Position numbers and translations under genes: made by a program
Part shown: one piece after another, positions 13,937-26,849 of the stretch
How positions within the stretch are numbered: the first letter of the stretch is position 1
Layout of the letters: each line of letters starts with the position of its first letter
The notes under the pieces: generated by a model
The model's input: the letters and a program-made list of their open reading frames with translations, nothing else
Told to the model about the DNA's origin: nothing
The model's database searches: none
Assembly: GCA_964016885.1 (NCBI GenBank)
Contig: OZ024743.1
Coordinates: 322,648,001-322,712,000, forward strand
Length of the DNA: 64,000 nucleotides
Origin: Eledone cirrhosa
Lineage: Eukaryota
Reading direction: 5' to 3'

Positions 13937-14243
13937 CGCGCGCATATATATGTATATGTATGTATGTATGTATGTGTATATATATCATAGTAAAGTATCC
14001 AAGAGACATCTAATGACAACATGATGCTATAATTCCTGTGATGATGTCAGCAATTCTGTACTAGGTGTGACATCATCGACTCAAGGTGTATCAGTCGTGA
14101 CTGTAACTACAGTACTACCATAAACCAACCAACACGGTAAGTTGACTGGAAATGGTGCAATGTTCAATGTGTATCGGATTATATCCGCAGGTGTTCGGTC
14201 TGATTTATTGACAGGTCATTTCCTTTTGAATTGGCATACACAC

Positions 14244-14342
<99 letters not shown>

Positions 14343-14391
14343 TATATATAATATATATATATATATATTATATATATATAAAATATATATA

Positions 14392-17300
14392 TAACTTTGA
14401 TAACTTTGATAGGTTTCGGCCAGTATTGGCCCAGGCCATGTCTAACTTAATAGCACCACCTGACGAAGTCTTACAAATCAGTGTTTGGGCACCATGGCCC
14501 ACTCGAGCAGAGAGTTATTGTTTACTGGGGAATATCCGGGTGCAGGAAGCTTATCCGGGATTTCTTGAAGGCATTTATCCAAAGACTTCTTGAACTTGAT
14601 GGGGTCTGTTTCTGCTTTGATGTGTTTTGGTGTAATGTTAAAGAGAGCAGGGCCAATTGAGGTGAAATAATTGTGCCGTATTTTGTTATGAGATGCGAGT
14701 GAGATTTTTATCGTGGGCGGATAGCACGGGGCCAAAGCCTTGGGTGTACATTAAAGGTGATGCCAACATCATTTGGACAAAGCTGATGGAATATTTTCCA
14801 CATCATGCAGATAATGTAGCGCTCACGGTGACGTTAGAGAGAATAAAGGTTGAGCTTTTCTAATCGACTCCAATAGTCAAGGCCTGTCATGCCATCTATC
14901 TTTTTTGTAATTGACCTTTGGGGTGCTTCAACTTTCATGATACTTTGTTTCGTGCGGGGAGACCACAGTGGACAACAGTATTCGAGTTGGGGTCGGGCAA
15001 AAGTGGAGAAGAGAAGGATAATAGTGTGGATATCTCTCGACTGGAAAGTTCTGAGAATCCAGGAACACATTTTGCAACCATAACAACTTTGCTGTTTATA
15101 TGAGTGTCCCAGCTTATGTTGTTGTCCACAATTACTCCCAGGTTTCTGATGTTATTGGATGCCACTAGAGTTTCACCCGAAGGAAGAGAGTATGGTAGTT
15201 TCAGGGCATCCTTTTTCCAAAGTGGATTAATTCAAACTTATCCTCATTCAACAGCATATTATTCTTTTCTGCCCATTGGATAACAGCCAGTAGGTCTGAC
15301 TGGAGGCAAGTCCGGTCACCCACCTCATTGATGACCCTTTGGAGCTTGGAATCCTCTGCGAAGATTTTTATGTTGCTGTGCTTGATGATGTCAGTAATGT
15401 CATTAATGTAGATGATGAAAAGAAGTGGGCCCAACACAGTACCTTGTGGGACGCCACTGCTGACTTTGGCAGGGCTTGATTTTACTCCTTCGACTACAAC
15501 ATGCTGGGTTCTGTCTGTCAGGAAACATTTGATCCACTGTAGTAACCTTCCAGAGACACCAACATTGGATAGTTTTTTCAGTAGAATCTTATGATCAACT
15601 CTGTCAAAGGCCTTGTTGAAATCAAGGTAGATGACATCAGTGTTGGAGCCCTCTCCCAAGGCTCTCAAAACATCGTCAAAGTGATGCAGGAGTTGCGTTA
15701 GGCAGTCCCTTCCATTACGGGACCCATGTTGGTTGGAGTTCTGCAGGCCGTTGCTTTCAAGAAAGTGGGTTATTCGTGATCTCACCACCTTGATAATATG
15801 AGAGGTGAGTGAGATCGGACGGTAGTTCACTGCAAGGGACTTATTTCCCTTTTTGAAGACTGGGACAACGGACTGGGACAGAAAGTTTTCAGGAATATAG
15901 CCAGTGTCCAGTGAGTTCCTATCACAGATTAGCAAGAGGAGATGCAAGTTGGTGTCGACACACCTTCAGGACACAAGCAGGGAACCTGTCGGGGCCTACT
16001 GCTGAATTGTGTTTAATTTCGTTTATTGCCGCTAAGACATCAGGGACGCCAAACGTTATGTCTGATATAGTGTGTTGGGTATTAACATCACTGATACAGC
16101 CCAGATCGGCCATATCAGGATTGCTGAAAACAGAGCAGCATTGTCTCTGCAGTATCTCGCCTATGGTTTTCGCAATGTCTTGGAGTGTGCCATTTTCCTC
16201 AACTAGAGGGCCAACAGTGGAGACGATGACCTTGTGTTTTTTAGCAAATGAAAAGTACACTTTGGGGTTGAGTTTTATTTTCTCAATGGCCCACCTCTCT
16301 TCAACTATTCTCTGGTTATTGATCATGCATTGCTGGAGGTTATATTTGTTTTACTCAAGCAGGGCGATAGCCATCGAATGTATGTGTTGCTGTTGGCAGT
16401 ATTTTAGTGTGTTAATTTTTTTGTTTGTTCTTTTTATTTTTCTGATAATTGTTTTTCTGTTTTGGAGGATACTGCACTTGGTTTTGTTCACAGGTTTTGG
16501 TGGGGTGTGTTTTGTTCATATATTTGTGACAGTGTTTACAAAGATCTGCCAAGTTGTTTTGATGTTTATGGAAATGTGTGCGTGTGTAAAAGACCAGTTG
16601 ACATGTGATAGTTCGTTCATAATTGCATTGTTGAGTTGGCATTGTAGAGATCCATGATATCAAATGTGTGGGCTGAAAAGAGGACCCTGGGATTAGCTTT
16701 CGGCTGGTGGAATCTCAGGTTACAAAGAACCATGTCATGGTCTGAGAGAAGGGTTTTTTCCACTGTAATATTATGTATAGTGTTAGTATGGTTACTAAAC
16801 ACTAAATCCAGAATGTTCTTCTGGTGCCTCGTTGGTGCAAAGACAAGTTGGGACAAACAAAAAATTATTCATGACGTCAAGAAGTGACTCGACAGCTTCT
16901 TTGTCAGTGGTTGAGGCTGTGGAGCCTGGTTTCAAACTACATGTAGACCAATCGACACAGTGTAGATTAAAGTCGCCCATCAAAAGTATGTTGCTAGAAT
17001 TGCACTGTTTAATAAAGCATTTAATACTGTTGAGGCATTCTTTGAAGCAGATTATGGGTGTTTGTGTTGGCCTATAGAGCCCAACTAATGTCAGGTCATT
17101 GGCTTTATTGTGCACAGTGACTGATTCACAGTAGCCATTGGAGAATGTTGTGTTACCATCTGCCGTAAAGGAATCTTGCAGGGAAATGGCAGTTCCACCC
17201 TTCCTTCTGCCAACACGATCCGCACGGATGGTTGTGAAATTTCTCACTCATACTTCGGCCTCCAAGTGGAAGTTGTCAAGGTGGGTCTCAGTAAGAATGA

Positions 17301-17660
17301 AGAAGGGGATGTGAAATGGGTGGTTACCAACCCAATCCTCAATGAATTTGATCTTCCATTTCTGTGAATTGATGGATGGGCTGATACCTTGTGTATTGAG
17401 TAAAAATGTGGAGGCTAGTGTGATGGCTGGTTTTAACTCTTGCAGGGGGCTTGTTTTGAGATTGTGTGTTAGTGACAGCAAGGATGGTGTTGGGTGATGG
17501 CTAAAATGTTTTTTCTCTATCGCTTTTGCCAGGCTCGTGGCTAAAAGAGAAAAATGTTCTTATTCGGGGAGCAGTTTTTGATTGGATTTTGGATTTGTGG
17601 TTACACCATTGGAAAGGGTTGCAGTTCCTCCCTCTTTTGTTGTTGTTTATGTATTTTTTG
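14392..17660 (-). mobile_element. Degenerate CR1-clade LINE ORF2 (APE endonuclease + RT), pseudogenised
   Basis: Fragmented frames with ILTETHL, RADR..GG, LYRP, GDFNL, ILDLVFSN, SDH (APE); NYRPISLTS, YLDFNKAFDRVDH, SGVPQGTVLGPLLF, FAED (RT); RPQLEYCCPLWSP. 3' tail is (ATCAAAGTT)x2. Confidence 0.88.
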
Positions 17661-17672
17661 AAATTGTGTCTT

Positions 17673-17795
<123 letters not shown>

Positions 17796-17844
17796 ACACA
17801 ATTGGATAGTGACTATCCAAGGAAATCTTGAACCGTTAAGGTAT

Positions 17845-18913
17845 TTTTTTTTTTGGTTATGTCAAAATTTATAAAACACACTTCGTATTTTATCTGATGA
17901 TAAGCGTACTAAAATGTTGGTACCCTAGAAATATATATAATAGAATAAATGTAGATAAATCTACCAAAAGTTTACGGTAGTGTCCAATCCGTATGAAGAA
18001 CTCAATGTAATCCGGATATCATGAAAAGAGAAGATGCATTCAAAAACTACTTTCGGTGAAAAATAAACGGAAAACAGAGTCAAGATAAATTAATAAAATA
18101 ATGAATAAACAAAGAACCAGTTCCTTATATTAAAAAAATTCATCATTTTACGATCGTTTCTAGGATATATATGTGTTAGAGTTGGTATGCATATTCTATA
18201 GATCTATGTACAATATTTATACAAACTATCAGAGGGAATATACATACCTACACATATATATGCTGTCTTCAGAAATAATGATATTTGTTTATTGAAAAAA
18301 CAAAAATTCAATACAATACGTCTGTTTGGGAACAGGTTTTGAATTGACCAATAGAGAGATAGTGAGGGTCAGGATAGTAATACAGTAGTAGAAGAACCTT
18401 AAATTATGGGTAGAGGAAGGTAGATTTCAGTTTTGGATGGAAAAGAATATTATGAATGAAGGATTATTTTAGGGAAGAAATAGGTCTTATGCTGACCTCA
18501 GAAATAATTTTATTTTTTCATTGAATAAAACCAACAAAGATCTAATATATTCTGTCTGTTTGGTAAGAGGTTTAGAATTAACCAATAGAAAGTTAATAAT
18601 TGGCCAAATGGTAAAATAGTAGTAATTGATGGTTATTTTAGGGGTGAAAATAGGTCAGATGGTCAGTAAAAGGTATACAAGCAGTTGCTGTTATAAAATA
18701 GTAATGCCAATACAAATATCTAAGGTGACTAAAGTTTTAAGATAAGAATGTTAGTAAAAAAAATATACATCTATGAAAAGAATATAAATTAATTTAATTG
18801 ATGGGTATATTTATATTGATAAAATTACACTAATACATATAGATATGATAAATAAGAGTTAGATGCAGTTGAAAAGTGTTGTTAAAGATGAGGGGAAATT
18901 AAAAGAATATAAA

Positions 18914-18973
<60 letters not shown>

Positions 18974-19510
18974 TTATATATACATATATATATATACATA
19001 TATATACATACACACACACATACACACATATATACATATACATATATATACACTTATATATATATCTATATATATATATATATACATAGATATATACATG
19101 CCCATATACATACATACACATACATATACACACACATATATATTTATATATACATATAATTATTGGGCGGGGGATTAAATTTATTAGTGAGAAATAGTAA
19201 ATATATATAGTTTTCAAGGAACATAGAGTCATAACCTGAAGTTTAAGCATTATATAGGTTTACTTAATGGTATCAGTTTTAGGAAATGATATTTGTAAGA
19301 AGGAAAGCAAAATTATGTAGTTCATTAGTAGTAGAATATTAATTATAGGTTAACTAAATTAAAAATAATTTATAAATTAATTTCTAAAGTGTCTATTAAT
19401 TAGGTTTATAATATTTAAAGGTTTTTCTCAGTTTATGATTACACGATATAATTAATTCCTGTCGCTTATTTAATAGGATATCCTTAGATTTCATTATTTC
19501 AAAAAGTTCT
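17845..19510 (-). mobile_element. 5'-truncated second copy of the same Naiad-type PLE family
   Basis: 19510-19396 encodes ELFEIMKSKDILLNKRQELIISCNHKLRKTFKYYKPN, nearly identical to the intact ORF end. Diverged terminal repeat at ~17950-18352. Confidence 0.88.
18141..18280 (-). ncRNA. Hammerhead ribozyme motif (diverged long-stem-II copy)
   Basis: CATTATTT-CTGAAGA-[long hairpin]-GAAA-CGATCG-TA-AAATGATG. Confidence 0.65.
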
Positions 19511-20305
19511 TTATCACTGCCCTTTATCACCTCTCGAACAAGTGGAGGATTTTCCATAACTAGGCACCCTTTTATCAAAGTGTACTTCCGAAAAGGACGT
19601 GGAACACAGAATTGGAACCGCGTACGGGGCATTTGGAAAGCTAATCCAACACGTCTTTAACAACAAAGATTTGAACTAAACAACAAAAAGTATAGACTAT
19701 ATTCCTGTTGTCAGTTAAACCTTGTATGGCTATGAAACTGGACTATTTCGTCGCGAAATCCAAACATTAGAACGCTTTCACCAGCAAAAGTTTCGTTCGA
19801 TGTTGAATATCAAATGGTAATACTATGTGACGTACTACAAAGTCCTGGGAAGAGCGACAGTCAATGCATTGAATTGTTGCTCATGAAACACCACCTTCGA
19901 TGGTGATGACATGTAGCCAGAATGGAAGAGTCAAGATTTCCACGTCAAGTCTTATTCAGCGAGCTCACTTCAGGGAAAAGACCACGGGGTTTGTCCTCTT
20001 CGGAGATATAAGGACCAACTCAAAACACTAATGAAATTTACTGGACTTGAGCTTACATCGTTTGGAACTGAAGACCGAAACCGTACCAACTTGCGGTGTT
20101 CCATCGGAACCAAAAACTTCGAAGTCACCAGAAGAGAAAAGGAAGAAACCAAACGGCAAAGGGAAAGGCTCGCAGGATCAACCTCGTCCTCCACCAATAT
20201 TACCATGCAATCAATACAATCCACTCTTGGTCTACCATAAAGGAAACGATCAGCAAAGAAGAAGAAACTAAATTCTTGAATACGAGATAAGACCGACGAC
20301 ATAAA
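19511..20305 (+). mobile_element. Degenerate RTE/BovB-like LINE 3' fragment
   Basis: Broken frames read RIGTAYGAFGKL, LERFHQQKFRSMLNIKW and HVARMEESRFPRQVLFSELTSGKRPRG..RRYKDQLK. Confidence 0.75.
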
Positions 20306-20335
20306 CCAGACACACACATATATATACACGCACAC

Positions 20336-20385
<50 letters not shown>

Positions 20386-21796
20386 AAAATACCACAAGCG
20401 AGACCCTCTGGATAACGTAGACGCCGGACCATACCCGCAAATATATACCCTGATCTGTCTTGAATATACAGGGCTGACGGAATATGGGTAACACGACCAC
20501 CATCTAAGCTGGAACCGACCCATACAGCAAACAAAGAGGGGACAGCCCTTCGCTTTTGACCAGTCGCGTGTGGGCTTGGAGTTCGTAATATACCACCCCA
20601 GTCAAATCCACACTGGTTTTTTTAACAATATAGCATGTAGACCAATACATCCTACGTAGCGAGACCTTGGACTTAGAACCGGCAGGCTGGTCTATCGCGA
20701 AAGCGTACAACCCCTGAAACTAAAAGATCGAACGGACCACATCCAGCGACCACTAGCTATTAGATCCACAGGTACATCTCCCAGAGAGTCCACGCAGCTG
20801 ATAGTGAATCCCAGTTGATCCATGAACTTTTAAACAAGACCAGCTGTGCCTGGAGCTATGTATCAATAATTTTATAATAATTTTTTGTGATAATACATTG
20901 TTAGATTACTGAAGCTACCTTATACCTTCTTAAAAATACATTTTATAATTATTGTCTTTTTGCTTATGTATTTTCTTATTTACTACTTTCTTTAATCTTG
21001 CCCAACTTGATAAACTCCTTGAATTGCTCCCTAATTAAATTACTTAAATTACTTAAATTATTGTATCTATTATGCCTAAGTTGTATCTGTTGAAGCAGCC
21101 CTTTGAAAATTCCTCGGATATCCCAAATACCGTAATTTTTAACTTTTAATGTATAATTTTCCTCAATTCGTTTTTTATATATATCCTTAAAGGCTCTCTA
21201 AAATTTTAATTCTTCGAAGGGTCTCTCGGAAGAAGTTCCTATTAAAAATATTAAAGGGGCCTTTTCTGAGAGAATTATAGAAGGCTCTTTGAATTAACCT
21301 TTAATTGATTAGTTTCTTTCAACTTAGTAGGGAATATCAAAACTTCGTAAGTTTTCTGAAATTTGTAAACGTGATCTCGGGGGAAGAAGGTTTTTTTCTT
21401 TCGGAAAAAAATTTTTTTCTCTAGAAGGAATTTCATAGGAAACTTTATATATATCTTTTAGGGAAACTTTATATTTTTATTTTTTATTTTATTAGCCTCT
21501 TAATTTCTTCTAGTCTAGTAGGTTTATTGGAGCCTGTAAGCTTTATGCACTTATTGAGGGATTTCCTAAGGTGCTTCTACGGGACCCCAAGTCTTTTAGT
21601 TTACTGTTAATGCGTAAATTATATATTATCTAATTTTTAAACTTCAATCCCTGACCCCGACAACTAATATAAAAGAGCCCCCTTAGAATATAGACCCCAA
21701 CTATACAAGCGGAGTTGCTGATGCATACCACAATTTCAAACTGCTAGCCTTGAGTGATACGTTGATGTAAATAATGATCTTACAATCACATGTTAT

Positions 21797-21845
21797 ATGC
21801 CTTGAAAAGTCCCACCATGTGGTCGGACGAAACGGCTGTCAGCAA
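21797..21845 (+). ncRNA. Hammerhead-like motif with variant core (CTTGAAAA) at the end of a probable PLE 3' remnant (~20383-21892)
   Basis: TGC-CTTGAAAA-GTCC...GGAC-GAAA-CGGCTG-TC-AGCA, followed by AATAAA and a short tail into (TA)n. Confidence 0.5.
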
Positions 21846-21905
21846 TAAACTTGTTATAATGTCATAATAGTTCCTTTGTTCTTTTTCACTAATATATATA
21901 TATAT

Positions 21906-22294
21906 ATATTAATAAGAGGAATTCCAACTTTGTCTGATTTACTCGTTTTATTTACAATCCTTTAAAATTTATAATGGTATTATAATGAAATAGTATCATA
22001 GAATATTAAATGTTAAGTGTTAATTGAACAAGTACTTTCATGCTTTCGCAATCTTCAGGTTCATAATGTGTGGTGACAGTCAAGTTTGCAATTTTCAACT
22101 GTTGAAAATTGCAAACTTGACTGTCACCACACATTATGAACCTGAAGATTGCGAAAGCATGAAAGTACTTGTTCAATTAACACTAACATTTAATATTCTA
22201 TCATATTATTTCATTATAATACCATTATAAATTTTAAAGGATTGTAAATAAAACGAGTAAATCAGACAAAGTTGGAATTCCTCTTATTAATATA
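21906..22294. repeat. Long palindrome (~194-bp arms, 1-nt loop) made of a PLE terminal repeat with two opposed hammerheads
   Basis: Arms centred on 22100 differ by two substitutions and one indel. Hammerhead TGAAC-CTGAAGA-TTGCGAAAGCAT-GAAA-GTAC-TT-GTTCA at 22137-22175 (+), mirrored at 22025-22063 (-). Confidence 0.9.
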
Positions 22295-22343
22295 ATCTTC
22301 TATACACAATCATACACACCCGTGTATATTTATCTATCTATCT

Positions 22344-23083
22344 GGCCTGGCAGTGCTACCGAGGAGCTCTACCAGTTCGAGACAAGCTCTACAGACATGG
22401 GCGCCCGGGAAGGGACCCTGCAAAAAAGATCTGTCCGAGGTACGTGCGTAACGAAGAAACTGTCGCGCACGCATTCATACACTGCCCGGGCGTCACTGAC
22501 CTGTGGGGCTATGTAGAACGACTATTGTCGCGGGTGGGACCAATCCGGTTGACCACCGAGTCCATTGTCATGATCAAACCGCTACCCTCCTTCAAAAACG
22601 AAGGAGAGGCGGTTTTCCTTTGTGTGATAGCTATGGCGAAAGAGGTTGTATGGTGGACAAGGTTGAAAGGGCTGAGGTCAGACACCTTTCTCTCCGGCCA
22701 ACAACTGATTCTTTTTTTCAAATACCACTTTGGAAAAAGAATCAGGATGGAGAGAGAGGTGCTGTACCCCAGCAAGTTTTATGAAAGGTGGGTGAAAGTG
22801 GCGAGAATGGCCCGAGTGAATGGGCCTTCTCTCTATATCAGCCTGTAGGTTGAGGAAAAGGAGGAGGAGAGGAAAGGAGTACAAACTCTTCGTACTCCTG
22901 GAGATGAGGGTTTCACATTTTTTCGGGGGTATGTGTTACCCATATGAACTGTCTCCCCCTACTGGGAAAAATCGACTAATTTTTTAAATTGCATTTGTGA
23001 TAACATTTTACACGTTTTTATTGTATGTAAACTTCCCCCTTTGTATTTGTCCCCTTCTTTTGTGCCCCTGTGGCTAATAAAGA

Positions 23084-23086
<3 letters not shown>
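22344..23086 (+). mobile_element. Tx1/L1-clade LINE 3' fragment
   Basis: Zinc-knuckle remnant CPR..RNEETVAHAFIHC followed by AMAKEVVWWTRLKG; 3' UTR ending GCTAATAAAGAAA. Homologous to the copies at 61.2-61.9 kb. Confidence 0.8.
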
Positions 23087-23164
<78 letters not shown>

Positions 23165-23172
<8 letters not shown>

Positions 23173-23638
23173 ATACTTTGGGAGGGTCATGTTGCCAATA
23201 AGAAACACACGCACCAGTTGCTTTCACTTCAATTTATTATAATAAATTTATAATAAATTTATAAATTTATAAATTTCTGGTTGGTTGGTTGGTTCCACAA
23301 CCAGATAGTTGTTTATATATTGTCATAGTTCTTTCGTCACACACTCTGTGACCTCTTCAGTGACTGGGGATTCCTTTCTTTGTTTTTGTGCCTCTCCTTT
23401 GTTCTGTCCTACGCCATTTTGTTTCTGTGTGTGTGTTGTGTGCTCAGTCTGCGCATGCGCCACATCTGGGTGTCTGTGTGTGTTTATGTTCATTTATTCT
23501 GGTTGTGGAACCAACCAACCAACCAGAAATTTATAAATTTATAAATTTATTATAAATTTATTATAATAAATTGAAGTGAAAGCAACTGGTGCGTGTGTTT
23601 CTTATTGGCAACATGACCCTCCCAAAGTATAACAATAT
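23165..23638. repeat. Perfect 141-bp inverted repeat (inverted duplication of the solo-LTR 3' end)
   Basis: 23165-23305 is the reverse complement of 23498-23638; the left arm abuts (TA)n. Confidence 0.9.
23321..23634 (+). mobile_element. Solo LTR (314 bp), Ty3/gypsy-like
   Basis: TGTCATAG...GTATAACA termini, ATAT 4-bp duplication on both sides, AATAAA near the 3' end. Confidence 0.65.
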
Positions 23639-23702
23639 CGGTTTCAACACACGATTTCAGATAAAGAATCTTGCTAAACAAATTCAGAAACGATATATAT
23701 AT

Positions 23703-23823
23703 ATCACCTTGATCACCTCGACCGACCAGTCTGTCGGGCGCCAATCGGCGCGGCTGGTCACAGCACGTCGTGCTGTTTTAACCATAAGATAACTCCATCC
23801 CACTGGCTGGGCGGGCAGGCCGA
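23703..23823. mobile_element. Short GC-rich element inserted in TA repeat
   Basis: ~120-bp GC-rich unit (ATCACCTTGATCACC...GCAGGCC) flanked by (TA)n. It resembles a short interspersed repeat I recall from octopus genomes; family not assigned. Confidence 0.4.
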
Positions 23824-23975
23824 TATATATATATATATATATATACTAGTTCGAGATAATAATTCTGAGTCCCGAAAAAAATATACTAATGCTAACTCTA
23901 AAGGTACCGCCACGCTACAAAAGTTCTTATACAAGCTACATGAAAGTTCGTCGTACGAACTTTCATGTAGCTTGT

Positions 23976-24029
<54 letters not shown>

Positions 24030-24239
24030 CTGCGGTTGTATATGGAATCATATACGAAATGTTCATGTAAATAAATATTTTTATAGCCTTTCTAGGAATT
24101 TTAAAAGTGGGGAATTTCAACGCTGGTCTTTAGGAACCAAGGGAGAACACCCTAACGGTTGTTTTTAGTTCTTTAACAATAATACACCAACACTAATGCA
24201 AGAAACATCAACTCTAGGCTGCTCCTTCTTGTCTTCCAC

Positions 24240-24481
24240 AGGAAGGTAAACAAAATTCTTGTACCCAGACTTCTGCATGATGATAATGACGAGAAGGTGG
24301 AGGTGGATTTGAATAAAAACATTCGTATTCTCGAGCCATATTGTTCTAACAACACAACGCTCTGACGTTATGGCATTGTCTGATTTCACAAAACGAAATT
24401 CCTGATTGTTGAGTTAACAGTACCTTGGAGAGGCAATATGGAATGGATGCATGAAAAAAAGAACCTGAAATAAAAGACTTG
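24240..24481 (+). mobile_element. HERO/NeSL-like non-LTR element remnant (restriction-like endonuclease region)
   Basis: Frameshifted peptides LLHDDNDEKVEVDL / HIVLTTQRSDVMALS / LIVELTVPWRGNMEWMHEKKNLK resemble the RPD..IELTVPWE..K..KY motif. A possible 3' continuation lies at ~25135-25430. Confidence 0.6.
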
Positions 24482-24727
24482 AAAAATCATAAGAGATATC
24501 TTCTTCTTGTGTATAAGTTGGTAGCTGATCGTTGTTGTTCGCCTAATCGAGATCAGAGATCAGTGATTATTTTCCATGCGTGGATGTCGACAAATTTGGG
24601 CCCCATAAGTGGAACGAAGATAGCAGTGTACATTTCTTCCAGCAGAGGTCCCATGTCATGGTTATGTATCTAGATTCATTATGTCTTACCTCGTGAGGGA
24701 AGCAGAAAATTCTTCATTATAAATATA

Positions 24728-25130
24728 GGGCGGTGGATTGGCAGTATCGGTAGAGGGTCGGACGCCATGCTTTGCAGCAAAGAGTTACAGCCCTTTATAG
24801 TCTGAGTTCAAATCCCGCCGAGGTTAACTTTGCCTTTCATCCTTACGGAGTCGATAAAATAAAGTACCAGTAATACACTGGGTAATTGCTGGCCTTGTGC
24901 CAAAGGTAGAAACAATTATAAATATAGTAGAGAGAGGGTGCCAGTTTGGCAGAACCGTTAGGGCGCTGGATAAAATGATTTACGGCATTTAATTACGTTC
25001 TGAAATCAAATCCCATCATGGTCAACTTTGCTTTTCATTCTTCTGCGGTTGATAAAGTATCAGTTAAGTACTGGAGTCGACTTTCCACTCCCTATAAATT
25101 GCCGGCCTTGAGCTGAAATTAGAAATCATT
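24728..25130 (+). mobile_element. Two tandem tRNA-derived SINEs
   Basis: TGGCAG..CG.TAG (A-box-like), GAGTTCAAATCC (B-box) and a shared body CTTTGCCTTTCATCCTT..GTCGATAAAATAAAGTACCAG. The same family recurs at ~39705-39890, ~59785-60000 and ~62310-62460. Confidence 0.8.
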
Positions 25131-25662
25131 ATAGATATGGCAGAAACATTTAAGAGAAAGACTAGCAATGGGAAGAAGGAACGTGAGTTCATATAGTGAT
25201 TCGTAAAGGATTTAAAGAGTTAAACAGCACCCAGTGTGTTTATGGTGGCTATGGGATAACAAAAGGGAAACCTATGTTGTATCATGGAACAAAACAACTC
25301 GGACATACCCAGCAAGCATCAATTCTGTTTGGCACCACTTGGAGTGGGGAGCGATATTGTCTGGAGGGGCCGAAATCGTTGAGAACGCTAGTTAACAAAC
25401 GATAAAGGGAGTATCACACAGTTGAAGCTGTATGTAGAATTGTGTGTGTGTGTGTGTGTGCACATGTATATGTGTACATGTGTGTGTGTGTGTGTGTGTG
25501 TATTTAATTAACCACACATAAGCTCACGCAACTACCTAAGATAATTATTCATTTATGCGCTCAGATAAAAACAAGTACGCAAACATATATACACTAACAT
25601 ACATAAATATATATATGCATGACCCATTCACTCTCATACACACATAAATATATATATATTTT

Positions 25663-25694
<32 letters not shown>

Positions 25695-25782
25695 GCATGC
25701 ACCCATTCACTCAAATACACAACACACACAAACATATAGGCACACACACTCACACATAAATTTATGAGTGCGTATATATATA

Positions 25783-25858
<76 letters not shown>

Positions 25859-25895
25859 TATGCACCTATTTACTCACATACACAGGCATACTCAA

Positions 25896-25969
<74 letters not shown>

Positions 25970-26214
25970 TATATGATTCTGTTGTGTGGTTTATTATTGT
26001 CACCTGCAGAAATTGCTGATATTCGATAGCTGAAATCAATACTGACACCTGTTCACTGTGAGAGCCACAACTACACACACGACTTCGTAGATAGAATATC
26101 GATATTACTCTCCACCCAGTTGACCATGAATATAAGAAGACTACACATACCCCCTTACCAACTTCGACCATGAATACATATGATAGGCACGAGCCAATGA
26201 ACGAAGCTCTATGT

Positions 26215-26828
26215 CAGGGGTGTCAAACTTATTTAATGTAGCGGGTTAAATATAATATGAGTAAACAGTGTGGATAGTGCATGGCTGAATGATTAAGGAG
26301 TTCATGTCGCAATTATTGTGGAGGTGCGTGGCCTAGGCGTAAGGGTGTTGGACTTACGATCATAAGGACGTGGGTTCGATTCCTGGACTGGGTTGTGTGT
26401 TGTGTGTTGTGTTCTTGTGCAAAACACTTCATTTTACGTTCAGCAATGACTGGCGTCCTGTCCAGGAGGAAGTATTGTACTCTCAGTCGCTTCAGGCCAT
26501 GAACTCGGATAAGCAACAGCATAAGGAGCCTTAAATGGCTTAAAACAGACATTAGACGTCGCAATTATTATATATGCACGTATATACACGGATACACAGT
26601 CCCCTTGACCTCGATGTCTGACTATTCTATCTGTCAGAGTTTGATTGTTTGTTACTGTCACGCAAATGTTACGTCCAGCTAAATGAATCTTGTGGCTAGA
26701 CGCGTTCTCTAGTCGGTATTCTAATCCAGAATAATTCAAAGCCCTTTTTCAGGGATCGCTTAGCCTAAGATTGAAATCTGTTGGAGGGTCGGACAAAAAC
26801 TCGTCGCGGGTTGGGGGTTGCCGACCTG
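26215..26828. mobile_element. Degenerate hAT-like MITE containing a tRNA-derived SINE (~26320-26568)
   Basis: Starts CAGGGGTGTCAAAC and ends GTTGCCGACCTG; TSD not convincing. The internal SINE has GTGGCCTAGGCGTAAGG and GGTTCGATTCC boxes. Confidence 0.45.
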
Positions 26829-26849
26829 CACGAGGTCATGCGTCTCTAC

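Noticed and set aside
25866-26171. Minus-strand 101-aa ORF with a CAG/GTGAC donor-like site
   Set aside because: No recognisable homology, it runs into a (TG)n repeat, and no partner exons were found.
24728-26570. tRNA genes
   Set aside because: A/B-box-like motifs continue into shared SINE bodies and do not fold into complete cloverleaves.
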